Assembly: GCF_964355755.1 (NCBI RefSeq)
Contig: NC_092680.1
Span: forward strand, 6,014,001-6,078,000
Direction: 5' to 3'
DNA length: 64,000 bases
From: Antedon mediterranea
Lineage: Eukaryota > Animalia > Echinodermata
The notes below the pieces were generated by a model that saw only the letters and a list, made by a program, of their open reading frames with translations, did not search any database and was not told the DNA's origin. Position 1 is the first letter of the stretch. Each line of letters opens with the position of its first letter. Positions 1-12,245 of the stretch are shown in pieces. Made by a program: the position numbers and the translations under genes.

Positions 1-65
1 CATTTACATCATATTTGAAATATATTCTATTTCATGTGGAGTATTTTATAAAACTTGACTTCTTA

Positions 66-142
66 AGCTCTGTCTACACTATCAAACTAGTTTGATGAAA
101 AAGGTGTAATGTCTATATATGGGCACATCACATTGTTTTGTC
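66..142. mobile_element. MITE family A, truncated copy
   Basis: One TIR agctctgtctacactatcaaact plus partial internal sequence (gggcacatcaca). Confidence 0.7.
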
Positions 143-209
143 AGAATGTAAACTGGCATAATTGTACAGTATAAATAATGAAACATGGTTAAAGTAGATT
201 CTATTTTAC

Positions 210-322
210 CTGGGTGTCATCAAACTCTATACAGTCTTCAGGATCACAATTTTGGAATGTAGCGTTATACATACTGTGACTGACACACTGATGATCACTA
301 CTGTTGTATGAACATCGTAAGC
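210..322 (-). CDS. MFS transporter (spinster-like), second coding exon; gene continues off the left edge
   Basis: Minus strand: acceptor aatttcag|, then (G)GC TTA CGA TGT... = GLRCSYNSSDHQCVSHSMYNATFQNCDPEDCIEFDDTQ, donor CAG|gtaaaa. The phase-1 start matches the phase-1 end of the exon at 859. Cys-rich loop after TM1. Confidence 0.8.
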
Positions 323-346
323 CTGAAATTAGTTATATATTTATTA

Positions 347-503
347 AGCTCTGTCTACACTATCAAACTAGTTTGACAAAAATGGTGTCATGTGCACAAA
401 TAGTGTAGTGATATTCCCAAATATGGAAGTGATATGACATCATCATTGTTAGGGGCACATTACATTTTTTTTTCACAAAAAGTTTGATAGTGTAGACAGA
501 GCT
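347..503. mobile_element. MITE family A, complete copy (PIF/Harbinger-like)
   Basis: Perfect 23-bp TIRs agctctgtctacactatcaaact / agtttgatagtgtagacagagct, flanked by TTA on both sides (3-bp TSD typical of PIF/Harbinger). Confidence 0.85.
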
Positions 504-858
504 TTAGTAATATTATTTACCAATATCTATTTATTCTATCAGTTATTCTATCAGTTATTCGAAAAATTTATGACATAAATAATAAAATGATATGCAGTCA
601 ACTCTGCCTCAATTCGGGACACACCTGATCTGGTCTAAAAAGTCTGGTTTTCCAGAATTTCTCGTTCTAGATAAGTTGTTGGACCCTTCTAAAGGTCTTT
701 TAGGTACCGTTTATGAATTTCAATCAGGAGCACCTAGGAAATACTTTTGCCAGAAACGATACACTCTAGATCTTTTTACAGTATTTTGAAAATATGAATA
801 AGTGCAGAAAACATGAAAGTTTTTTTAAAAATAGGGGACCAATTTTTTAGGAACAAAC

Positions 859-1009
859 CTGCAGGTATCAGGACTGGGAGAACTTGGCGATCTGTTTGAT
901 TTAACACGTACACAAAAAACAATACAACTAAAGAGATGATGGCACGCTTCAATGAGGGAATGCTGATGGTTGATTCATCATGGTATTCTCTTGAAGTCTG
1001 AGTCCCCAT
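859..1009 (-). CDS. MFS transporter (spinster-like), first coding exon
   Basis: ATG in aaacATGG context; MGTQTSREYHDESTISIPSLKRAIISLVVLFFVYVLNQTDRQVLPVLIPAG. Hydrophobic TM1 followed by the N-x-x-D-R motif typical of MFS TM1 in spinster/ACS-type transporters. Donor GCAG|gtttgt. The exon probably starts at 1133 after acceptor ttacag. Confidence 0.82.
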
Positions 1010-1473
1010 GTTTGTGGTAAGTTGTCAGTGACTTGTAAGGCTGAATGAATGTTTTTTAGATGATTGAATCAGCATGCTCTGCCATCTTCATTTACACTCT
1101 CTGTTGACTTGGATTGGAGGAATCTATCTTATACTGTAATCTAATAAGACAAAGGTAGTAAATGTGAGTAAAAAAGATTGTAAGTTAGAATTCAATATTA
1201 ATTATAAGGAGTTTTTATTTGCGACGTTTCCTGCTAGTGCTGACATACACAATTCCCCTTTTACATAACAATAGATTATGAGTCATTATCACCCATCACA
1301 AGGCCTATTAACCACCCAGCAGTGTTTGTTCTATCTACTACTACTAGAAAGGTCCAGCTATCCTTGCCTAGCTAGAAGGCCTACCTACTTTTTTCTCTCC
1401 TTGTACCTACCATTTTCTTTAATAAAAAGCTGAGCTCCTTCAAGTAGATCAATTTATATAGCATTCAACTTAC

Positions 1474-1620
1474 TCATTGTAATAACATGTTTGCACCTTG
1501 AAGTATTGTAAATAAATGTTCGCTTCGTCCAAAATTGTACAACGCCACCATTTTTTTAGGTTGAGAGTGTTCAGATAAAGGTCACACACTGAATAAATAG
1601 TGGGAGAAATGTCAACAGAA
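1474..1620 (-). other. Probable non-coding 5' exon of the MFS gene (5' boundary uncertain)
   Basis: Strong minus-strand donor aatga|gtaagt at 1474/1473, upstream of the acceptor at 1134-1136. Confidence 0.45.
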
Positions 1621-1878
1621 AGTGAACTAGGCCTAGGAGGCCTAGATACTAGGCTAGGCCTATCTATTATTAATAAATAGGTACAAATCAACTAAGATTA
1701 GATTCTATACTGTATTACTGTATTGATATTTAAAATCGAAAATGTACAATGTACTAAAAAACTATAAAATGACATTGTTGTTTTTCGGGATTTCCCTCTG
1801 CCTCGTTTTCAAAAGTATGATTACGTAATGACATTTTGCTGAGATGAGAAGAGAAACACTCCCACAAACAAACACAAC
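1620..1878. promoter_or_regulatory. Putative bidirectional promoter shared by the MFS gene and MCEE
   Basis: Head-to-head ATGs at 1009 (-) and 1879 (+). Contains GGGATTTCCC (1787-1796, NF-kB consensus), palindrome ATTACGTAAT (1820-1829, PAR/CEBP-type bZIP) and TAGGCCTA clusters. Confidence 0.55.
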
Positions 1879-1926
1879 ATGGCGGGCATCTTTAAACGTC
1901 TGCTACAACCAAGTCGAGTGTTAACT
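1879..1926 (+). CDS. MCEE: Methylmalonyl-CoA epimerase, exon 1 (start of mitochondrial presequence)
   Basis: caacATGGCG; MAGIFKRLLQPSRVLT (Arg/Leu-rich, no acidic residues). Donor ACT|gtacgt, phase 0, matches exon 2. Confidence 0.75.
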
Positions 1927-3912
1927 GTACGTTATACGTTGTATATTAACAATAGGCTACGTTTCACACATGTTTAGTTATTTAGTGATTCAACATTACT
2001 GTACTTAACTAACCAGAAGAGCGCCAGCACTCTACTACTAGTAGTAGTAGTAGATATGCTAGAGCCTGGCCCTAGGCCCTTAGTTAGGTGAGGGTACCAC
2101 CACCAGCACGTGTTCATGTTTGTGGTGCCATCACACTCACAGCCTAACCAAGGCTAGGCCTAGGCCTAGTAGTTTTTCTTCTCTCGTTTGCTAGGCTTTA
2201 GCCTAGGATATTAAACAATAGGCTCAGGCCTAGTATTCATAAATAGGTACAAATCAACTCAGAATTTGATACCTTCTCGCAACGAGTAATAAACCATCGG
2301 AACAGTTTACCAGCCGACGTCAATTCTGAGACCACTCACTAACACTAACAGTAACACCTTCAAGAATCGCATCGACACAATGTAGTTGATATGGCCATAT
2401 CAACTACAACCCCGGGGTTAAAAAGGCATCGCCTAAACTTTCCCATTATAACTAAACTAAACTGTACTGTGTATTCTCTACTGTACTTTCACACATCAAT
2501 CAGGAATTTCAATAATCAATCTCTCATGCTTAACCCACCCAGCCAGGGCCAATTATGAAATCATTCACCCATTGCTGGCGATAGCGCGCCCAGAATGTCT
2601 CCATCCACATATCATCCGTAAATTGAGCCCATCTCTACACCCCCCCTCCCTCCTTTTTTGAAAGGTGAAAATTGCTTCTACTAATGATTTCTTTGGTACA
2701 CTACTGTACCACCTGTATAATGGTTTGCTATTCTTCTCGATATGTTAATACAGTATATGACACAGTTCCGAGTCCATATTTCCCCCTCCATGTTTATTTG
2801 GTGCTAAATACAGTGACTGGGGTTACCACTTTTTTTTAATCTGAAATTATTTTTAACTACATAGTTTAACCGAGATTTAAGTTATGACTCCATAATGTAT
2901 TTAAATTAGGAATTTGTTGGTTGTAATTATAATAATTATTAAAATCCGGATAAGGATTATAAATTTGGAATGCCTGAGGTATAAGTACATAAAAGTATCT
3001 ATCTCATCAGAGTAATTAACTATCTCATCACAATAATTAAACACTCTTGGTTTTCTCATTAGTGGTGTATTTAAACTAATGTTTACACTGGCTAATGACT
3101 CAACTCTACAATAATTTGTAAATTACCCGCTTCTCGCATTACTCCATTGGTTGGAATGTTAGCCTGATGGCATATTTATCACCTGTATTAGTGCATTCAA
3201 CTTGACAATGACTTTCATCATTGGATTTCACAATGAAGATTATAAGATTTTATTTTTGTAAAAATAAATATTAAAGTTTTTTTATTATTATTAAAGATAA
3301 TTTTCCCCCTGAAAAAATAATTCTTAAACATTTTTTGTTGAATATTATTCCATTTTAATGTAACATAATAGTTATCCACTTTGACCAAAAATTGGATCGA
3401 AAAAAAAATGTATTTAGCTGAAAAAAAATATAACTGAAAGCAAAAAATGGTAAAATTGGCCGCCAGCCAATTGATTTTTGGTGAATTTAACCATTTATTT
3501 TGTCATTTTACAAGTGAAGACATTATTATTTTTTTCGTTTTTTTTCTATGGAAGTGATTAACTTTATTACAACTACAAAATAACATTTCAAAATTAATCT
3601 TCATTTGTCATGTTTTTGGGGGACAATACAATTACATCTTTAATGTTTTTGTTTTATGTTTTGAAAGTTTCCCTGATAATTGAAGTTACAATTAAGATGT
3701 TGTTCTATTGAAATTCTTTATTTGGATGGAAGAATTTTTGATTGAATTGAGTGAGGAAGCACGCCCCAATGTCCCTGCATATGCACAATGAATTAACATG
3801 ACATAACTAGTTGCTTTGTAGGTCCTAGCTTGAAGCGAAAACGAGAGCCCACCATCAATCTATTTATATCCATATTAATCAATAGAAACAAACTTGACAT
3901 TTGTTTTTACAG

Positions 3913-4006
3913 CTACTACCTACATCTTTGTACAGCAGTTCAACTTCAAGTAGAGCTTGGAAAATTGGACGACTTAACCATGTGGCTATAGCAGTACCTA
4001 ACCTAG
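3913..4006 (+). CDS. MCEE: Methylmalonyl-CoA epimerase, exon 2
   Basis: Acceptor tttttacag|; LLPTSLYSSSTSSRAWKIGRLNHVAIAVPNL, with the W-x-x-GRLNHVAIAVP signature and first metal-binding His. Donor G|gtacgg, phase 1. Confidence 0.95.
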
Positions 4007-4332
4007 GTACGGTAAGGATTGGATGACGTTAGTGTAACACTCTGACCATCAGGTCAACAACCCTTTCTCACTACTCCAACTATTAACAACCCCACACAAA
4101 CAATACGTTACCTTATCATGTTGCTATGTAGCTTTATCTATAGCTATGACATAGGGAATTATATTTCTGACGTCTGCATGATGTTTTACAATATCGAACC
4201 TCCTGTAGATTAATATTAATTTTCTGCACTGTGTTCAATGACAGAAAGTTGTAATTGTGTGACCATCTTAAACTTATTTTTCATTCATCATCAGTTTGAA
4301 TATACTACAGTAGGTTTATTATTGTTTTCCAG

Positions 4333-4388
4333 AAAAAGCAACAAGCCTGTACAGAGATATTCTTGGTGCTACTGTCAGTGATGCTACG
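4333..4388 (+). CDS. MCEE: Methylmalonyl-CoA epimerase, exon 3
   Basis: Acceptor ttttccag|; (E)KATSLYRDILGATVSDAT; donor ACG|gtaagt. Confidence 0.95.
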
Positions 4389-4566
4389 GTAAGTTATTTT
4401 AAAAAACGATTCTCCACTGGTAGTGATGGAGATGTGGGTTGATGAGGATGATGCTGCTATGGATGCCATGAGTGAGGAGGATTATATAGCTGCGATTGGA
4501 AAATAATGAATATAGTCAAGATTGTTTAACACTGTCTTAAAGGTATAACCACATTTTTTTTTCCAG

Positions 4567-4713
4567 CCGTTACCAGAGCATGGTGTTACAACCGTCTTTG
4601 TGGAACTAGGCAACACAAAATTAGAACTGTTGCATCCGCTTGGTGAGAAGAGTCCTATACAAGGTTTTCTGGATAAGAAACCCAGTGGAGGAATGCACCA
4701 TATATGCATAGAG
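4567..4713 (+). CDS. MCEE: Methylmalonyl-CoA epimerase, exon 4
   Basis: Acceptor ttttttccag|; PLPEHGVTTVFVELGNTKLELLHPLGEKSPIQGFLDKKPSGGMHHICIE; donor GAG|gtcagt. Confidence 0.97.
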
Positions 4714-5326
4714 GTCAGTTTTATATTTGTTTTTTTTTCTACATTTCTTCCAAGTCCTTTAGGTTTGCAGTAGCAGATTTAGCTAGAGTGTGTCATCAAA
4801 GAAATATATTTGAGCTTGGCATTTTCAGAAGAGTACATTTAGTATGAATTGACCAGAACTGACCGGATGGTGCCAATAAGAAGTGTTAACAGCTCACAAA
4901 GTGTGCAGTAAGACAACAGGTAAGCTTTAGTCTGCTTGTAAGTTTGTAGACTGTGTCATTGTGGAGGGAGGGTGGGGGGGCAATGAATTTCATATTTTTT
5001 AGTTATATCAATATACTATTGTCAGTTTATTCAGGTAAGCAGTTTATCCAGGTTACTCATAGACTACCAACACCACATTATTTTATAGAATGAATTTATA
5101 ACCAGTTTTTACCCATCTCATAAATATAAAAAGTGATATTTAGCTTTTAAGTTTACTTTAGTCAAGTCAAGTATCATTGTCATTAATTGTTTTAAGAAAA
5201 AACATAGAAATTCTGTTTGCTCTGTTGGCGGAGCACAATATCCACTATATTACTATTTGCATTGACATTCTTATGTATTCTATTGAAACTATGATGGGGT
5301 TTGTAACCCTAGCCATCAGATCAATT

Positions 5327-5420
5327 GGTGGTCTAGCGGTATGAACACTAGACTAGTGGTGTAGCGGTATGAACACCCGGCTAATGATCTGGTGATTGTA
5401 GGTTCGAGTCCCACCCACTA
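5327..5420 (+). pseudogene. tRNA-derived SINE head or tRNA pseudogene (Ile-AAT-like loop) with duplicated A-box segment
   Basis: A-box tggt(c/g)tagcggtatgaacac occurs twice in tandem; B-box ggttcgagtccc; loop ctAATga. Mismatched anticodon and T stems, and no proper acceptor stem. Confidence 0.55.
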
Positions 5421-8175
5421 ATTACAAATCTTTTTGCGCATGTGTTCTCAATGTATTGAGTATTCTGTACATCAGAGCAAACCGTTTGATATCCTTGTAA
5501 GATTTAACAAAATTACCATATTTGATAATAATAATGTTTTTCATACATTACATACCCTCCCTCCTACACCAAAATACATCCTTCCAAATGTATTACTCAA
5601 ATGATGTTTGCGCTTGTAAATTTGATCTAAAGTGAGATATCTCAATTCTTGATTCATTAGGGACATAATTGAATAAAGAAAGATACACACACTGCATAAT
5701 TAACTGAAAGATCAAATTCACAAATTAAACCTGTTAATTAAACTTTATGCTGAAAGATTAATGCATTGTTTACTTCCGTTATAATGATATTTATTTAGTT
5801 GACACGTAATTTAATTCCCTTTCTCATTTTCAAAAAATTAGCTGTGCCTTAATCGATTCTGAAACCCTTCAAATAAGTGACTATTTTTTACGTTTAAGCC
5901 ACCATAGATTTGTTATTACTTTATTAGTTATTAGGCAGTATTTCAGATGTCTTCTTCTACCAGATTTAATTTATTTTAAATCTTGAAATTGTAACATTAA
6001 GGGTTAATTATCCATGAAAAATTACCAAAGAAAACAGTGGTTTTTTTTATTGTGTACCCAACTGCATAGGTTACCATACCAAAGTGGTATAATTATTTGC
6101 CCAGATTAGTTACCATACTTAACCAGGTTGGTTTGTTGGAAATATTTACCTGTTACATACAACTTACAGTTGAGATATAATTAACTGTTATATTTTATTT
6201 GTTTTACCAACCGACTGAATCTTTTCAAAGAATGGATTCTGCATGAAATGTAAACAGCACCCTCTATATTTTCAGTACATATACACATTCACAGAGATAG
6301 ACATTTTGAATGAATGTGAAGTTTTTAATATCACTTTCATTGTCAGATTGAATTATCTGTAGCATATGCTTATAATTAAATAATTTTTTTTATGCATTTT
6401 AATTCAGGCATTTAGAACATTTGGCACCAACAATTTTAGCAGTAAAGTTGAGTTATTAGGTTTGGGTACCCATTAAGACATCAATGTCTAAATATCCCAT
6501 CTAGAGGATGAACCGTTTAAGAATTATTATGTCTTCTGGCATTACGGTTATCTAATCTCTAAAATTCAATTTTACTTTATTGCAACATTTTATATATTCT
6601 GTATAAATTGTTCATGATATATCATGGAAGGAAGATTTCAATTTCATAAAGTAAGATTTGAAGATTATACTCCAGGTAGTTTCGTTTGTTGTGATTAGAC
6701 TTAGAAAATGATATATCAAGTTTGAATTTCATATGTGGATGTCAAATTAAGTTTAGGATTATTGCTGGGAGTTTGGTGTTTAGTTACTTAAAGATAATTG
6801 GTTGATGAGTTTGCTACAGCTAAAAGCTATCCTTAAGGTTTAATCTGTGATGTTAGTATTATTTTGTATCCAGACTTTCTATAGTCGTTACCTATTGTAC
6901 CATTAATATGAAAACGATACCAAAATACTGTCACTGAGCGCCTTTAGTTATTAAGCTTAGCTGAACTTCCGATATCTCGTAGCTTGTGAGCTTATACGAA
7001 CGATACATTTTTCAAATTCGGTTCCGCAACATTGACTTTGGCAGTATCCAAGCGTCCATGATGGAAAACTAACCGAGTGTGTCTCCCCCGAGGGACAGCT
7101 AGCGTGGATCATGTAAATGTCTATATGACTAAAAGGTAATTTAGTAACAAAAGTACTCGCTCATGTTTCACTGATGTAGTTTATATCATATGTATTACTT
7201 TTTCACATATTTGGCATTCATTAAGGTTGACGCCACCAAGAAACTTATACATAACATTATATATTTTATATTATCATACATTTTATATTTTTGTTTTGGC
7301 TCGACGTCGGTGTATTTGTTTATTTATTCTGTCTATCTCTATCTGAATAAAACTTTCAGAGCTAAAACATTGATATCCAAAGTGGTTCAGTATAGAACAT
7401 CAATATTAAATTAAAGAAAATTAAAACATTTTAATTATTAATAATAATAATAACAAAATATTCAGTGAAAATTTGACACAAATATATAAATTAGGCTAAA
7501 ACTAAATATTTTAGCCTTTCATTTGTGTTATTATTAGTACAGTATTTATCAATCATATAATAGAATTCATTTTATTTTATTAAATATATTTTCACTTGTA
7601 ATTTTAAGGAAATTATTTAACTGTATTGCCATTTGTGTCATTACAGAGTTTAAGTGGTTATAGGAATGATATTTTTAATCCTTACAGTACATGGCATCAT
7701 TATCCATAAATATAATTTGACATCAACCAAAGTCATTCTGCTTAAAATAGACCTAATCAGCCTAGCCTTGGCCTTAACAAGACCAAGGACAACGTTATGG
7801 AGTTTCATTTGTGGTAACGAGTATCATCAGTTTTTTTTATATCGACTTTTTCTGACGACATTTTGACTGTTACATATGACTGTGTAAGAACGATTAATAA
7901 ATAATGTTTTTAAAAAGAAAAGTTTTCTCCCAAGGCCTGTGAATTAGTTGTATTTGAAGGCGTGTATTGCAAACACTGTCATCAATTTCAATGAATCACT
8001 TTTTGTAATTGCTAATCACTTAGTCATTACTTTGAGCAAAAGTCAGTTTTTAATATGCTTACTGTATCTTTTACAGTGTTAAAGATTCGTTATTATACTG
8101 GTTTAGAATCTTCTCTGTATTTTCCATACAATCCTCGATTTGATTTCCATGGTTCTTTCAATGGTACCGGTATAA

Positions 8176-8910
8176 AAACACTCCAACTTTCATGGTATCT
8201 TAATCTGGACAAATTGATAACACTCCAACTTCCATGGTATCTTTCTTAATCTGGACAAATTGATAACACTCCAACTTCTATGGTGTCTTTCTTAATCTAG
8301 ACAAATTGATAACACTCCAACTTCCATGTTATCTTTCTTAATCTGGACAAATTGATAACACTCCCACTTCCATGGTATCTTTCTTAATATAGATAAATTG
8401 ATAACACTCCAACTTTCATGGTATCTTTCTTAATCTGTACAAATTGATAACACTCCAACTTCCATGGTATCTTTCTTTATCTGGACAAATTGATAACACT
8501 CCAACTTCCATGGTATCTTTCTTAATCTGGACAAATTGATAACACTCCAACTTCCATGGTATCTTTCTTAATCTGTACAAATTGATAACACTCCAACTTT
8601 CATGGTATCTTTCTTAATCTGGACAAATTGATAACACTCCAACTTCCATGGTATCTTTCTTAATCTGGACAAATTAATAACACTCCAACTTCCATGGTAT
8701 CTTTCTTAATCTAGACAGATTGATAACACTCCAACTTCCATGGTATCTTAATCTGTACAAATTGATAACACTCCAACTTCCATGGTATCTTTCTTAATCT
8801 GGACAAATTGATAACACTCCAACTTCCATGGTATCTTTCTTTATCTAGACAGATTTATAACACCCCAACTTTCATGGTATCTTTCTTAATCTAGACAAAT
8901 TTATAACACT
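8176..8910. repeat. 46-bp minisatellite, about 16 copies
   Basis: Unit ataacactccaacttccatggtatctttcttaatctggacaaattg, head-to-tail, no spacers. Confidence 0.95.
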
Positions 8911-8912
8911 TC

Positions 8913-9032
8913 ATTCCAAACTATCGTTTTGTTTAATCAGTGTGAACACAGCCTATGTTTTATTCCAAACTATCGTTTTGTTGAATCAGTGTGAACACAG
9001 CCTATGTTTTATATTTATCGTTTTGTTGAATG
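8913..9032. repeat. Short tandem duplication (about 49 bp, about 2.4 copies)
   Basis: ttccaaactatcgttttgtt(t/g)aatcagtgtgaacacagcctatgtttta repeated. Confidence 0.8.
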
Positions 9033-9512
9033 TGTACATTTATGTGTATCTGCGACCCAGAACTGGTTCGTAAAGCGTAAAATGACTTCCAAGGAGATGA
9101 CTCATGTACATAATGAATACAGTATTAGATTGGAACTATAACAATTGAAATACAAATTTATTGAAAATTGTTAGTTAATTCTCAGATCAAATCTTGACAA
9201 GTACAATGGTCGTAGGATTAACTCCTTACTTTAAACTACATTTCGTTGTCAACGTTGTGCATATATCAAATGTTATGTTTGGCTACATTTTGTTAAGGTA
9301 AAATAATTTCGGAGATGAATGGTGTTTGCTCTAATCTTGCCTTGCTCTAATAAGCAAATTCAACATTAATGTTAAAAAGATTCTGACTGATGAACCAAAT
9401 GTATAGTAATCACCTCATCAGTCTCCAGTTTCTAAATTTGTTGTAATTTTCAATTTTACAAACCACAGTGGCATTGTAGATTGATGTTTGATGGCTTGCT
9501 TGCCAACCCTAA

Positions 9513-9668
9513 AGCTCTGTCTACACTATTAAACTTTATGTGACAAAAAAATGTGATGTGCCCATATATGGACATGATGATGTCATAGCACTACCATATT
9601 TGTGCATATCACTACCATATTTGAGAACATCACACATTTTTGTCAAACTAGTTTGTGTTTACAGAGCT
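9513..9668. mobile_element. MITE family A, near-complete copy, opposite orientation to the 347 copy
   Basis: Starts agctctgtctacactattaaact and ends gtgtttacagagct; the internal sequence is the reverse complement of that in the 347 copy. Confidence 0.8.
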
Positions 9669-9920
9669 TTAGGTAATTGAGTCAAAATCAGGGTTTCTTA
9701 AATTAAAGGTGCAGAATTACTATGATAGATAGTCAATACAGACGTACCATTACCTAGGCCTACTACCTACATTCAACAACAAAACAATTTATAAGCACAC
9801 ATGTTCTTTCATATTTAGCCACTGTTGTTTTCTAAAGATTACTTTATAGTTAGTTTACTATACTGCAGTACTAAAATCAAGTTTCCATGCCAGGAACATG
9901 TTGAGACTGTTGTCTTTGGT

Positions 9921-10065
9921 AAGTGGCATAACGCCGAGGCCTGAGGCACCTGTTTTAGGGACTCTAAGTGGCCCTCCAACGCTGACATGTTTTAATGCCT
10001 GTTTTTTTCCTCTGGGCACTGCTCAGGAGCCCCATAAGCGAGCACTGATAGCCGTTACGCCACTT
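9921..10065. mobile_element. Old hAT-like MITE
   Basis: Imperfect TIRs aagtggcataacg / cgttacgccactt; flanks tttggta / tctggta resemble a decayed TSD; GC-rich interior. Confidence 0.5.
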
Positions 10066-10737
10066 CTGGTATGTCATTATCATGTGTTAAACATTACAAA
10101 TCCCTGTCTATCTGTTGTAAATCTTAGTGTAGGCCCAAGTGTTGAATAATTCACCTCCTCATCATACACCTTCTTTATACACATTTACCCCCCAGTCTGT
10201 ATGCTTTGAAACCTTGACCATTTTTTTCTATTAACCTTGACTGTGTTACACCAACGATTGTACATGTCTAGACAATAGCATGACAGCTGATTGAATAAGA
10301 CTGTCAAAGAAGGTGTACAGTAGGCCTGACTCACAGTGACATCAATTTACAAGGTTGAACTGCGACTTTCATATGTGGCGTGTTAGCAATATTTTCACAT
10401 TTCCCCGTAGTTCCTCCATCATGATATTTTGCGCTATTTACAAAAAAAATTACAAGGTTGTTTGAACATAGAACATTGCAGATCGTGTTAGTAACATGCT
10501 TTCATTTTCCCTTGGGTAGTTTATCATGCTAGTCTACTAACCCTCACACTCACGATGCAGAATTAAACCTTCTGGTGTGTCTCGAGAAACTTTTCCCTCT
10601 GGTATTCATAGCAAAACTTTTTGCACTCAATGTCATACAATAAGTGAGTAATGGTTTTGAATTTATTTTTCTGCGCAAAAACAGTAGTAGTGGTAGTTTT
10701 ACACCTATTGACAATTGTATGACTGCTTTTTAAGATA

Positions 10738-10905
10738 CAACTCTCCCAATTCTAGACATTTTTGGGCTGGTCTAATATGTCAGATTTTCTGGCAAGTCTG
10801 GTGTTATTCAGAATGTGATTTGAATGGTAAAGAGGAATTTGGGACCTTGGACTTTGAGAGAGTTTCCAGTTTTCAGAGAGTTCAGTATTGGGAGATTTGA
10901 CTACT
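10738..10905. repeat. Dispersed repeat (probable non-autonomous DNA transposon), copy 1
   Basis: Reverse complement aligns by eye with 28496-28650 (ccaatactg.actctc.gaaaact.gaaactc ... aaggtcccaaatt.ctctttac ... accagactt ... gacatatt). Confidence 0.7.
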
Positions 10906-12245
10906 GATATGTGTGGTAGATTAATTTATTGTTCCTAATAACAATATGCTTTCAGAAAGAAATGAATTGTATAATTTGTATACTGTGTGCAACTCATTTT
11001 CATACCATTTTAGCTAATGTTAGAATGAAGACTCTTGGACCATAACTTTTACACTAGACTGAAAAATGTTGACATGCATGTGTGTCACACGTTCTCATTT
11101 TCCGAATCCTTTTCAGCAACAAATTCTTTTTCCTAGAATTTTTTGCTTCAGTTGTCAATTAGTAGTTTCAATTTTTACTTTTGTGAAGCGAAAAATTGCG
11201 CAACCAATCAGAGCTCGGGAAATGAGTTAATACGCACATTGTAAAGGCCCAAATAATGTACAATGTCTAGACTCCGAAGAATTTGTTTTCCCTTTTTGAC
11301 TAAAAGTATGTTTTATGTTTAAAAAAAAGAATCCCCCGTTTCACTTTATTAATTAAAAAATGATGAGGAAAATTTTCTTTTTAACCTGGCCTTAAGCCCA
11401 AAACACTATAAAACAAACATGAAAATAATGAGATTGAAATATAAAATAACGATTTAAACTAAATAAAAATATCAAAATAATAATGTTTTATAATATTTGC
11501 ACATTTTTTTTTTTGCTAAAATAAATATATCAAAATAATTATTTTATGATTTATAGTATAAATATCAATATATTTGCAGTTGCAGTAGATTTTTTTCAGG
11601 CTAAAATAATCTGATGGCAAAACGCCTCAAATTGAGGTGTTTATAGCAGTAGGCCTAATTGTTCGATGCACTTGGATCGGCTTTGCGTGCAAATGTATCA
11701 ACCTTGGGTTTCCTGTGTCTGATCAATCGTTGCTGCGGCCTCGACAGTCTTCACTCATTAATTAACGGTAAAATTTGGCATGATTAAGATGCAAGTATCT
11801 AGGTTTTACCAAATCTGAAATTATGTAATGTCAAAATTACATTCGCCTTTTAGTTATTTTTAGAAATGTTGCATGTTAGTTTGTTGCCACCTCATTAGTT
11901 ATTAGAAGTAATATTTTTTTTGCACAAAAAGTATTCAAATACTGCCATTATTCTAAGAATTATATTTTTCCCCTGTAAACAATATTTTTGTTGAATATGC
12001 CAATTTAATCACATAGTCATAACTTTACTTTGACTAAAAATTGGATTGAGAAAAAAACAATTATTTACCTAAAAAAAACAACAATTTAAAGAAACAACTG
12101 GAAGCACCATCTATGATTATAGTACATAATTGAAATTTTTAATTTTTTTTGAAATAATTCATAAGAACAATTGAGCACTCTTTGAGTATGAATTATGCAT
12201 ATCATTTTTATTATTAATTTTTTGGTTATTGAGACTATACTTTAA

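Noticed and set aside
4482-4709. 75-aa minus-strand ORF
   Set aside because: Antisense shadow of MCEE exon 4.
5327-5420. Functional tRNA-Ile
   Set aside because: Mismatched stems, duplicated D-arm region and no acceptor stem; treated as SINE or pseudogene.
8176-8910. CRISPR-like regular repeats (also 39.7-41.1 kb and 61.1-62.2 kb)
   Set aside because: Units are head-to-tail with no unique spacers, there are no cas genes, and the context is eukaryotic.
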